The notes: generated by a model not told the origin, from the letters alone. Positions 1-7,555 are shown, counted from the stretch's first letter. The stretch: DNA of 64,000 nt from an uncultured virus (IMG/VR IMGVR_UViG_2061766007_001954) (IMGVR_UViG_2061766007_001954), one strand, 5' to 3'. A program made the numbers and translations.

Positions 1-99
1 TAGACAAAAGGTTAAGTCACCAAACATCTAATTTGGCATCTGTCAGTTCGAATCTGACATTACGTTCCCTTACTGGGATTAATAGTATCCTTCTTACGG

Positions 100-186
100 C
101 CCATCGTAGCTCAGTTGGTAGAGTACGAATTGTGTGTCAGCTTCTGACACCTACTGCAAGTTCTATCCTATTGTAAAGGCGGGGTC
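100..186 (+). ncRNA. tRNA-Thr(UGU)-like RNA with a hairpin+ACUGCAA insertion in the anticodon stem, truncated by a gap
   Basis: TAGCTCAGTTGGTAGAG D-arm. CG[insert 128-166]CCT-ATTGTAA-AGGCG would form an anticodon arm if the insert is looped out. The insert contains a GTGTCAG/CTGACAC hairpin followed by ACTGCAA. Confidence 0.55.
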
Positions 187-196
187 NNNNNNNNNN

Positions 197-395
197 ACAA
201 TTCCCTAAATGGATGAGCTTCGCAAACCCAGAGGATGGGTCTATGCCTGATATTACAGGTGATGCGGATGCTTTTGGCGCCTATCAATTACGCCAGCAAG
301 CCTATATAAACGATCTAAATGGCTTCGTTACAGCAAAACAAGAGCTGCTTACTAAAGAACTGCAGACCCTTGAAAAAGCTGGTATTTTGGGTTAA
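197..395 (+). CDS. 3' end of a hypothetical protein, 5' part lost in the N gap
   Basis: Open frame from the gap to TAA at 395. Confidence 0.4.
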
Positions 396-418
396 TTACT
401 GATTTTCAACGATTTCTG

Positions 419-447
419 TTGATTTTTGCCTGGTTTTAAGGCATAAT
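419..447 (+). promoter_or_regulatory. possible sigma70-type promoter
   Basis: TTGATT-N17-CATAAT upstream of the FNT/tRNA cluster. Confidence 0.3.
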
Positions 448-513
448 ATAATGGAGAGATTTGCGTCTCTTCAAAATCCCATAATTTCAACTCATAATAC
501 GGAGAAAATCACT

Positions 514-1152
514 ATGTTTGCTGGAATCATGATCGCCATCGCGGCGGTCATCAATCTGCAGTGTTCCAACCCCATTGTTGGAGCTTTCCTTTTTAGCCTT
601 GGTCTGCTTTCCATTGTGTACCATCATGGAAGCTTATACACGGGCATGACCGACAGCTGGCTCGATGAGTGGGCCGTAAACAAAGATGCACCCTGGTGGT
701 ACTGTCTGGATCGTGTCATGGGTAAGCTGGCACAACTGGCTACAGTTCTGTTCATGAACTTTGTCGGTGTCTGCACCATTGCTGGATTCGCACATTACTT
801 TGCCGGAGGTCAAGCACAGGAAGTGGTGGCTGCTAAGGCTACACTTCCGTGGTATCATCTTATCTGGTCCGGCGCTATGTGTGGTATGCTTATGTTGCTC
901 GCTGTCAGAAGCTATAAATTGGCTGAGCACTACAAGGAACATCTTATTGGTGTCGTGCTTTTGATCATGTGCGTTATGGCATTCATACTGGCAGGATTTG
1001 ATCACTCAATTGCCAATATGGCTTATGTCGTAACAGCTCATCAAGGCGGAGTTGCTGGGGTTAAGGTCATTATGTGGCCCGTGCTTGGTAACTTCGTCGG
1101 CGGCGCTGTGTTGCATCTCGCGTTGAGAGTCAACTGTAGTCGCTACTTTTAA
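514..1152 (+). CDS. formate/nitrite transporter (FNT) family channel
   Basis: About 6 hydrophobic helices; LYTG, NFVG, FILAGFDHSIANM and GNFVGG motifs; GGAG RBS at ~501. Confidence 0.85.
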   Translation: MFAGIMIAIAAVINLQCSNPIVGAFLFSLGLLSIVYHHGSLYTGMTDSWLDEWAVNKDAPWWYCLDRVMGKLAQLATVLFMNFVGVCTIAGFAHYFAGGQAQEVVAAKATLPWYHLIWSGAMCGMLMLLAVRSYKLAEHYKEHLIGVVLLIMCVMAFILAGFDHSIANMAYVVTAHQGGVAGVKVIMWPVLGNFVGGAVLHLALRVNCSRYF

Positions 1153-1159
1153 GACATAA

Positions 1160-1235
1160 AGCGCTGTAGTGTAATAGGTCAGCACACAGTCTTTTGGTGT
1201 CTGGAGTCCAGATTCGAATTCTGGCGGCGCTGCCA
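1160..1235 (+). tRNA. tRNA-Gln(UUG)
   Basis: Cloverleaf AGCGCTG/CGGCGCT, anticodon loop TTTTGGT, TTCGAAT T-loop, encoded CCA. Confidence 0.9.
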
Positions 1236-1255
1236 ATATTTAGAAAGGAATAACA

Positions 1256-2212
1256 ATGAACCTCACAATCACCGAGAGGGATAAATATATCCGTCACTGC
1301 GATGTAAAGCAGTATCTTAAAGCCGACAGCGCCAAGATCGAACGCTATCTGTTCGGTCACAAAGTCATCCTCGGCAACAACCAGTGGCTCTGGCATACTC
1401 ACATCAAGTTCTGTGAAAGATGCAATGCCAGATGCTCCTTCTGCATTGAACAGAATTCACACAGACAGGAGCTGCCCAAGAAAGTCATCTATAACGCAGA
1501 CATATTCCTGCGGGCAATGAAAGGTCAGGGCATTCTCTATAGCGTGTCCGTAACAGGTGGAGAACCGACCATCATGCCTGAGCTGGTTGATCTGTGTGTT
1601 ATGCTGAAAGCTCACGATATCAAATTTCTGACCATGAATACCAACGGAAGTCTTCTTCATAAGGTGCGTCCCTTTGTGGATGGTCTCTTTGATTTCGTCG
1701 ACATCAGTCGTCACAGTATCGATGATGCACAGAACAGTGGCATTTTCAAGACAATCACTGTGCCGACGCTGGAAGAGCTGAGACAGCTGAAAGAATCGTT
1801 CACAAAAACAAAACTGCGCATTCAGTGTGTTATGCAGGCCGGCATGACAGTGGAGCAATTTTTGAAAATGCTGGAGGCTTACAGCTTTGCAGATAACATC
1901 AGCTTCCGGCGTCTCATGAATCCGTTCGACTGGTTTACTGCCTACAACGACACCTTTGACGATCAGTATTTCAAGATACTCGACTGGGTGGCAGAACACG
2001 GTGAATTCGTCGAGCAGACTATTCAAGATTACTATGTGTACGAGATTTGGAATGTCAACGGCGTGAACGTTACTTTCAGTTACTCCGACATGCGGTCGCT
2101 AGATGCGCTGGAAAAGGTGGAAGATGAAGCAAACATTCGAGAGTTCATCATTCACCCCGATGGCGTGGTAGCCGGAAGCTGGCTGCCCGGCAGAAAGATC
2201 ATTCTCGAATAA
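1256..2212 (+). CDS. radical SAM protein
   Basis: CNARCSFC (CxxxCxxC), VSVTGGEPT, MNTNG. Confidence 0.9.
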   Translation: MNLTITERDKYIRHCDVKQYLKADSAKIERYLFGHKVILGNNQWLWHTHIKFCERCNARCSFCIEQNSHRQELPKKVIYNADIFLRAMKGQGILYSVSVTGGEPTIMPELVDLCVMLKAHDIKFLTMNTNGSLLHKVRPFVDGLFDFVDISRHSIDDAQNSGIFKTITVPTLEELRQLKESFTKTKLRIQCVMQAGMTVEQFLKMLEAYSFADNISFRRLMNPFDWFTAYNDTFDDQYFKILDWVAEHGEFVEQTIQDYYVYEIWNVNGVNVTFSYSDMRSLDALEKVEDEANIREFIIHPDGVVAGSWLPGRKIILE

Positions 2213-2325
2213 AGGATAACAGACATGAGCGAAGATTGGTGTGCATTTGGGTGTTGTATTATTCTTGGCATCATCTTTGCAATCGTGCTAGTGATCCGTG
2301 CGTTACTGTATGTTTGATTTGGTTA

Positions 2326-2402
2326 GGGCGTATAGCTCAGTTGCCTAGAGCGCCTGCTTTGCACGCAGGAGGTCGCGAGTTGAAGCCTCGCTACGTCCAC
2401 CA
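2326..2402 (+). tRNA. tRNA-Ala(UGC)
   Basis: G3:U70 pair, loop TTTGCAC, ACCA end; atypical D-loop CC and T-loop TTGAAGC. Confidence 0.9.
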
Positions 2403-2424
2403 GTTCTTTGAAAAATTGAAATTC

Positions 2425-2710
2425 GCAAATCTAGAAACTGTTGGCTTAGAGGCAGCCATCAGCTAAGGAGTGTGAGGAACCACCAGTAAGTGCGAAATGT
2501 ACGTAATATCATTTGGCATAGCATATAAAACACGAATCAGTTTACCGAACCAACTGGTCTATTAAAGCTATGTGTCGGGTATATGCGTATGATGTGCTGC
2601 TGGGACCAATGGGAGTAAGAGAGGTTAATGACCTTCACGTAGGTAGGCTGGACTAAAGCGCAAAGCCTTGACGTAACTTGCTTTGGCGTAATAGCACATT
2701 TTAGATTTGT
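2425..2710 (+). ncRNA. structured RNA containing a split 23S rRNA H43/H44 (uL11-binding) mimic, copy 1
   Basis: Closing stem GCAAATCTAGAA/TTTTAGATTTGT; TGTTGGCTTAGAGGCAGCCATCAGCTAAGGAGTG ... GCGTAATAGCAC. Confidence 0.7.
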
Positions 2711-2719
2711 TTTAATTTT

Positions 2720-2795
2720 GGCGTATGACCGAGCAACTGAACGGCAGTCTCTGCAAAAGACATGATGCCAGGGGGAGTACCTGGATACGCCTCCA
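2720..2795 (+). tRNA. tRNA-Cys(GCA), non-canonical T-loop
   Basis: GGCGTAT/ATACGCC acceptor, loop CTGCAAA, U73-CCA; T-loop GGGAGTA. Confidence 0.8.
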
Positions 2796-2799
2796 ATTT

Positions 2800-2872
2800 G
2801 TGCCCAGTAGCATAAGAGTAGTGCGCCAGTGGAAACACAAGAAGATCCTGAATGCAAGATCAGGCTGGGCAT
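2800..2872 (+). ncRNA. degenerate tRNA-like element
   Basis: GTGCCCAG/CTGGGCAT acceptor, D-like arm and CCTGA/TCAGG T-like stem, but no canonical anticodon arm. Confidence 0.45.
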
Positions 2873-2881
2873 CCTTGTCGT

Positions 2882-2957
2882 GTAGCTATTAGCATAGCAG
2901 CAAATGCACTCGGCCGTGGCCCGAGGGAAGTGGTGGCAGCAACCACATAGCTACCCA
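2882..2957 (+). tRNA. tRNA-His(GUG), non-canonical T-loop
   Basis: 8-bp acceptor GTAGCTAT/ATAGCTAC (G-1:C73), CTCGG-CCGTGGC-CCGAG, CCA; T-loop GGCAGCA. Confidence 0.8.
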
Positions 2958-2964
2958 ATCATAT

Positions 2965-3047
2965 GGCGGGTTGGCAGAGTAGTCAAATGCGACGGGCTGT
3001 AAACCCGCTGCCTTCGGGCTTCGGTGGTGCAAATCCATCACCCGCCA
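2965..3047 (+). tRNA. tRNA-Tyr(GUA)
   Basis: Loop CTGTAAA, long variable arm, T-loop TGCAAAT. Confidence 0.9.
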
Positions 3048-3062
3048 TATACCTTTTCTTAT

Positions 3063-3137
3063 TGCGGTGCACACTCGCAGTCGAGTGATCTGGTTCATAC
3101 CCAGATAGACCGGGGGCAGCACCCGGCACCGCTACCA
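3063..3137 (+). tRNA. tRNA-Met(CAU), initiator-like (1:72 mismatch), non-canonical T-loop
   Basis: TCTGG-TTCATAC-CCAGA, CCGGG-GGCAGCA-CCCGG, ACCA end. Confidence 0.7.
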
Positions 3138-3144
3138 ATTTCAT

Positions 3145-3234
3145 GGGGAGATGGCTGAGTGGTTTAAGGCAGCGCTTTGCTAAGGCGTCGACGCCGTATA
3201 GCGTCCGTGCGTTCGAATCGCACTCTCCCCGCCA
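3145..3234 (+). tRNA. tRNA-Ser(GCU)
   Basis: Loop TTGCTAA, long variable arm, TTCGAAT, GCCA end. Confidence 0.92.
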
Positions 3235-3237
3235 TAA

Positions 3238-3315
3238 GGAGCTGTAACTCAGATGGTTATGAGTAGGAATCTCATAAATTCTTGGTCGCAGGTTCGAACC
3301 CTGCCAGCTCCACCA
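3238..3315 (+). tRNA. tRNA with CAU anticodon (Met or lysidine-Ile2)
   Basis: GGAGCTG/CAGCTCC, loop CTCATAA, TTCGAAC, ACCA. Confidence 0.9.
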
Positions 3316-3393
3316 TCTTCCTCCACCTGTTACTTACGTCTTCTTTTCTCCGGTTCATGGCGTAGGGTCTCATAACAGTTGGAGGATCCCTTT

Positions 3394-3467
3394 GACAACC
3401 GACAAACTGATCACAGCGATTTTAATTTCAACAAACACACTTCACTGAAATCAAACCGTCGGTTGTC
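3394..3467 (+). ncRNA. stem-ACAGC(G)A RNA family member
   Basis: GACAACCGAC/GTCGGTTGTC closing stem; ACAGCGA at 3413. Confidence 0.45.
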
Positions 3468-3475
3468 TTCATCTT

Positions 3476-3594
3476 AGGATACTAACAGCAATCATTAAGT
3501 AATTAGACAAAAGGTTAAGTCACCAAACATCTAATTTGGCATCTGTCAGTTCGGATCTGACATTACGTTCCCTTACTGGGATTAATAGTATCCT
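3476..3594 (+). ncRNA. stem-ACAGCAA RNA enclosing a whole tRNA-Arg(UCU)-like cloverleaf
   Basis: AGGATACTA/TAGTATCCT stem, ACAGCAA at 3485; inside are a D-like arm, CCAAA-CATCTAA-TTTGG and GTCAG-TTCGGAT-CTGAC. Confidence 0.7.
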
Positions 3595-3754
3595 TCTTAT
3601 GGCCCATCGTAGCTCAGTTGGTAGAGCACGAATTGTGTGTCAGCTTCTGACACCTNNNNNNNNNNCTCCTTTCGTTTTCTACAGCATTCAAGGGAATTAA
3701 TCATCAGTGAACTGGTGGCTTTAGTCGATCTCTTGAATGCTGTTTTTCATTTTC

Positions 3755-3833
3755 GTGACGCATACAGCAATCCACATGGTAAATACAAGTCTTGAAAAAC
3801 TTGTTGTGGTTCAACTCCACAATTCTGCGTCAT
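3755..3833 (+). ncRNA. stem-ACAGCAA RNA with Ser(UGA)-like anticodon arm and T-arm
   Basis: GTGACGCA/TGCGTCAT, ACAGCAA at 3764, ACAAGT-CTTGAAAA-ACTTGT, GTGG-TTCAACT-CCAC. Confidence 0.7.
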
Positions 3834-3852
3834 GTCTTCAACCCATTAACTT

Positions 3853-3899
3853 GGACACCAACAGCAACATTATTGACCACAAATCAATTGATGGTGTCC
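3853..3899 (+). ncRNA. stem-ACAGCAA RNA with 5-bp/7-nt stem-loop, directly upstream of the DUF2828 RBS
   Basis: GGACACCA/TGGTGTCC, ACAGCAA at 3861, ATTGA-CCACAAA-TCAAT. Confidence 0.65.
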
Positions 3900-3913
3900 T
3901 GAAAGGAAACACT

Positions 3914-5374
3914 ATGACAACATTCGCTCGCGCTCTCCGCAAGGAAAGCAGAAAGACCCACACTGAAAATGGTGCTACCGCATATAGCACCACCGGTTCC
4001 GCTGTTTTGGACCTCTTTGGTTGCATCGGCTCGCTCCGTGAACGCAATGATTCTGAGATCGAGCGTCTCTTTGCTGACGCCTATCGTCAGGATCCGCTGC
4101 TTACCACTCGCTGTGTGTTTTATGCCCGTGATATCCGAGGCGGACTCGGTGAGCGCAACACTTTCAGAGTTATCCTACGCTATGCCGCCAAGCATCATCA
4201 GGAAGCAGTCAAGCCGAACATCCCGCTGATCGGTCTCTATGGCCGCTATGACGATTTGTACTGCCTTGTCGGCACCCCGCTGGAGGCTGACATGTGGGAG
4301 TACATGGATGCCCAGTTCAAGCTGGATGAGTTCAATATGAAGCGCGGCAAGCCCTGCAGCCTACTCGCAAAGTGGATCAAGACCCCAGACGGCAGCGCCA
4401 AGCAGACCAGGAAGCTCGGCTGCATGACTGCGCTGCACCTGGATCGTTCGGTGTACATGTTCAAGCGGCGCCTGCGCGCACTCAGAAAGTATCTGCATAT
4501 CGTCGAAGCGCAGATGTCTGCAAACAAGTGGAACGAAATCGACTACAGCATCGTTCCTTCCCGCGCTGCCATGATCTACCGCAAAGCGTTCTTGCGCCAC
4601 GATGAAGCCCGCTACCAGGCCTATATCGGCAAGGTGGAAAAGGGTGAGGAAAATATCCATGCGGATACGCTCTATCCGTATGACCTGGTGCATCAGGCAT
4701 GGCGCAACAGGCGTGAAGACGCCACCGTGGAAGCACAATGGCGGGCGCTGCCGAACTATCTGACAGAGCCTGCCAATGCCATCGTTATCGCCGATACCAG
4801 CGGCTCGATGACCTGCAACGGCGGACGTCCGCTTGACAGCTCGGTTGGTCTGGCGATCTATTTCGCTGAACGCAATACCGGACCGTTCCACAATCTGTGG
4901 ATGAGCTTCTCGGGTGATAGCCGCATTCAGCATCTCCGTGGCGAAACGCTGCATCAGAAGGTCGAAAACATCGACTACAGTCACTGGGCAAACAACACGA
5001 ACCTGGAGCGTGCATTCATGCATGTTCTTCAGATCGCCCAGGAGAACAACGTCAGACAGGAGGACATGGTGAAGAGCCTGATTGTCATCTCCGATATGGA
5101 GATCGATCGCACGGCCGGCAGCTGGTCTTTCTATGATGAGATGCGCAACCGCTTCCAGCAGGCAGGCTATGAAATACCGAATGTCGTTTACTGGAACGTC
5201 AACTCCCGTAACGACATCTTCCATGCGGACAAGAACCGCAAGGGAGTGCAGCTCTGCAGCGGACAGTCTCCGGCGACGTTCAAGCAGTTGATGGCAAGCA
5301 TCGGTATGACACCCATGCAGATGATGCGTAAGGTGCTCAACGGCGAGCGCTATCAGCCTGTCACGCTCGGCTAA
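3914..5374 (+). CDS. DUF2828-family protein (Ro60/TROVE-like helical domain plus vWA)
   Basis: TENGATAYSTTGSAVLDLF, ARDIRGGLGER, LLAKW, TLYPYDLV, MIDAS DTSGSM, ISDME, VVYWNV; AAGGA RBS. Confidence 0.85.
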   Translation: MTTFARALRKESRKTHTENGATAYSTTGSAVLDLFGCIGSLRERNDSEIERLFADAYRQDPLLTTRCVFYARDIRGGLGERNTFRVILRYAAKHHQEAVKPNIPLIGLYGRYDDLYCLVGTPLEADMWEYMDAQFKLDEFNMKRGKPCSLLAKWIKTPDGSAKQTRKLGCMTALHLDRSVYMFKRRLRALRKYLHIVEAQMSANKWNEIDYSIVPSRAAMIYRKAFLRHDEARYQAYIGKVEKGEENIHADTLYPYDLVHQAWRNRREDATVEAQWRALPNYLTEPANAIVIADTSGSMTCNGGRPLDSSVGLAIYFAERNTGPFHNLWMSFSGDSRIQHLRGETLHQKVENIDYSHWANNTNLERAFMHVLQIAQENNVRQEDMVKSLIVISDMEIDRTAGSWSFYDEMRNRFQQAGYEIPNVVYWNVNSRNDIFHADKNRKGVQLCSGQSPATFKQLMASIGMTPMQMMRKVLNGERYQPVTLG

Positions 5375-5384
5375 CATTTAACAT

Positions 5385-5516
5385 TGGGGAAGGGTGCACC
5401 TCAAGACAACACAAACGCACAAAGCTGCAGACGTTAGGATGAGTAGTGTTGTGTCTGATCCTAATGGGGGCACACGTGCAGCGATTGAGCAGTCTGGCGA
5501 GACCTGGGCTGCTCCC
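5385..5516 (+). ncRNA. candidate multi-pseudoknot structured RNA
   Basis: Four interleaved complementary segment pairs plus a terminal hairpin in intergenic DNA. Confidence 0.4.
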
Positions 5517-5968
5517 ATTTTCTAGACAACTGGTGCTTCTTAATGATTAGTTGTAAACTCGGCAAGCGCATCTGATGAATCTTCGCCCACTGCTCGAGGC
5601 ATCTAATCCAACTTCTTGATGGCATCAGCTGTCTTTACTTTTCCAGCCAGCCCAGAACGAAGAAGGGCAATTGCAGTTTCTCTCGGTTTGGGTTATGGGA
5701 TAACTGGGCTGGCTGGATTTCATGTTCCCGGAAACGGGGCATATTACTGCCATGCATATGCGTTCATTGTCATGCCGTGCCCACTCGGTGTGGTTTTGAA
5801 GACAGATCAATGTTCCAATCACATCCGCTGTTTTATATCGTTCCAAAGGTTCAGCTTGAGGGTTCTCCGCCCTGACGTTGTGATGCATCCTGTCAAAGTT
5901 GGCAGTAACTGACCTTCCTTCTCCTTTATAGTAGTGATACTGTATAGGAGAAGGTTTTTGTTTAATGC

Positions 5969-6044
5969 GCCAGCATAGCTCAGCAGGTAGAGCAATTCTT
6001 TTGTAAAGAATGGGTCGCGGGTCCGAATCCTGCTGCTGGCTCCA
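5969..6044 (+). tRNA. tRNA-Thr(UGU)
   Basis: GCCAGCA/TGCTGGC, ATTCT-TTTGTAA-AGAAT, TCCA end. Confidence 0.9.
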
Positions 6045-6057
6045 TATACTTTGTTAT

Positions 6058-6130
6058 CGGCGTGTTGACCAGTTGGTAGGCCGTCGCATTTGGGGTGCGA
6101 AAGTCGGGGGTTCGAGTCCCTCCACGCCGA
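6058..6130 (+). tRNA. tRNA-Pro(UGG)
   Basis: CGGCGTG/CACGCCG, TCGCA-TTTGGGG-TGCGA, TTCGAGT; CCA not encoded. Confidence 0.9.
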
Positions 6131-6166
6131 AATCCTTTACCTTTCCCCTCTCTAGGAGGTACACAT

Positions 6167-6562
6167 ATGAAATACATTCTTGCAATTCTTCTTACTGTTC
6201 TCGCTCTTACTGCAACCGCATCATCTGGTTTACAGCAACTTCTTAAGGATATTCCAGCAGATCATTTGGCTGTCGGAGTCCCCATGGTTCAGGCCCCTGC
6301 TATCAGTGATTTCAACAATATCCCGCGTGAGGGCTACAGACCTGTTACTTACTGGATGACATCAAATGCCAATGAGAGTTTCTATCCTGGCGTTAACTGG
6401 TATCATTCTGACTTTGCTGCCGATCCTTTCGATGGACGTATTGAAGTATTGGTAGTGGGAGAACCGTTGCCCTCTGCATCTATGACGATCTTTATAATGG
6501 CAGCAATTGTGGGAATAATATATTGGTGTAGGTTTAAGCCTGACCGAGAACTTGCTTTCTAA
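6167..6562 (+). CDS. secreted protein with PEP-CTERM-like (GEPLP) C-terminal sorting signal
   Basis: N-terminal signal peptide MKYILAILLTVLALTATAS; C-terminal GEPLPS, TM helix and basic residues; AGGAGGT RBS. Confidence 0.6.
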   Translation: MKYILAILLTVLALTATASSGLQQLLKDIPADHLAVGVPMVQAPAISDFNNIPREGYRPVTYWMTSNANESFYPGVNWYHSDFAADPFDGRIEVLVVGEPLPSASMTIFIMAAIVGIIYWCRFKPDRELAF

Positions 6563-6578
6563 TCAACAAGGACAACAT

Positions 6579-7001
6579 ATGAAAACACTCATTCAAAACC
6601 CGATCAGCCTCTTCTGGCTGTGCATGCTATTGCACCTGCTGGCTGACTTCCATTTCCAGGGCATCCTGGCAAGTATGAAGCAGAAGAACTGGTGGCCCAA
6701 GGCAATGAAATCTCTGCCCTGGAAAACCAGATGCAAAATCAAACAATCGCATCTCTTCGACTATGACTATGTGATGGCGCTGCTGTGTCATGCTCTTATG
6801 TGGAGCCTGATTACGTTATTGCCGCTTATGCTGGCAGTAACGCCCCTGCAGTTCTCTTTGCTTATCGGAGCCAACACTGTTTTTCACGCTATAGTTGACC
6901 ACGCAAAAGCGAACAAGCTTTGGATCAACCTCTGGGTCGACCAACTGCTTCATGTTTTGCAGATTGCGGCAACCGTAGCAGTCGTACATTACTTCATGTA
7001 A
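6579..7001 (+). CDS. DUF3307-family membrane protein
   Basis: HLLADFHFQ, HAIVDHAK, DQLLH motifs. Confidence 0.75.
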   Translation: MKTLIQNPISLFWLCMLLHLLADFHFQGILASMKQKNWWPKAMKSLPWKTRCKIKQSHLFDYDYVMALLCHALMWSLITLLPLMLAVTPLQFSLLIGANTVFHAIVDHAKANKLWINLWVDQLLHVLQIAATVAVVHYFM

Positions 7002-7003
7002 TT

Positions 7004-7337
7004 TACCTTTAGCACAGTTGGCTTAGAGGCAGCCATCTGTTAAAGAGTGACCCACGACATAGTGAACAGACCTTAAGTGGAAACCACGTGATACTCTGAC
7101 ACGCTATGCAAAAACACTCCGGACAAACCCGTGCGCCTAATAGGTCGTTCTAATGGTTGCAGGTTAGGCCTAAGCGAGAGCGATGAGTGATAATGCACAG
7201 CGAATGGTATGAGGTGGACAAAGCATCAGAACGAATGCGAGGTCCTATGGCTAACGAGGCAAGGGGAATAGACCTCTTCACGAACCTCCGGTAACACCGG
7301 GAGTGTGGTCTTTGGCGTAAAAGCACAACTAAAGGTA
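7004..7337 (+). ncRNA. structured RNA containing a split 23S rRNA H43/H44 mimic, copy 2
   Basis: TACCTTTAG/CTAAAGGTA closing stem; GTTGGCTTAGAGGCAGCCATCTGTTAAAGAGTG ... GCGTAAAAGCAC. Confidence 0.7.
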
Positions 7338-7347
7338 TTTTATTCTT

Positions 7348-7408
7348 AGGGCGCTCACAGCAAAAATTAAAATTTAGCTTTCAAGGTTAAGCCAAATTCT
7401 AGCGTCCT
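7348..7408 (+). ncRNA. stem-ACAGCAA RNA with UCA-type anticodon-like loop
   Basis: AGGGCGCT/AGCGTCCT, ACAGCAA at 7357, TTAGC-TTTCAAG-GTTAA. Confidence 0.6.
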
Positions 7409-7425
7409 CTTTCATGATTTCAAAT

Positions 7426-7549
7426 GGCCGTGTAGCTCAACGGTAGAGCGCAAGTCAATTTATATGGTGTCAGACTTCTGTCACTAACAGCAAGCTTACA
7501 TAAATAAGGGAACTTGATGTTAGATGTTCGAATCATCTCGCGGCCACCA
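7426..7549 (+). ncRNA. tRNA body whose anticodon loop is replaced by a 56-nt ACAGCAA module
   Basis: GGCCGTG/CGCGGCC-ACCA, canonical D and T arms; CAAGT/ACTTG stem encloses TGGTGTCAG/CTGTCACTA-ACAGCAA. Confidence 0.75.
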
Positions 7550-7555
7550 TTCTTT

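Noticed and set aside
1..3655. 152-bp near-identical repeat (1-152 vs 3504-3655)
   Set aside because: Both copies lead into N gaps and differ by ~3 SNPs. This is most likely a strain-variant or scaffolding duplication, so they are not counted as independent motif copies.
3737..3913. N-terminal extension of DUF2828 in the ORF track
   Set aside because: It overlaps two ACAGCAA RNAs; the RBS and family motif support the start at 3914.
2425..7337. rRNA operon or host contamination
   Set aside because: Similarity to 23S is confined to H43/H44 and is interrupted by non-rRNA inserts; the flanks are phage-type tRNAs and genes.
7374..7390. Opal suppressor tRNA or genome-wide stop-codon recoding
   Set aside because: Only a bare UCA stem-loop, not a tRNA. 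TGA, TAG and TAA all terminate well-defined genes and conserved genes are uninterrupted under code 11.
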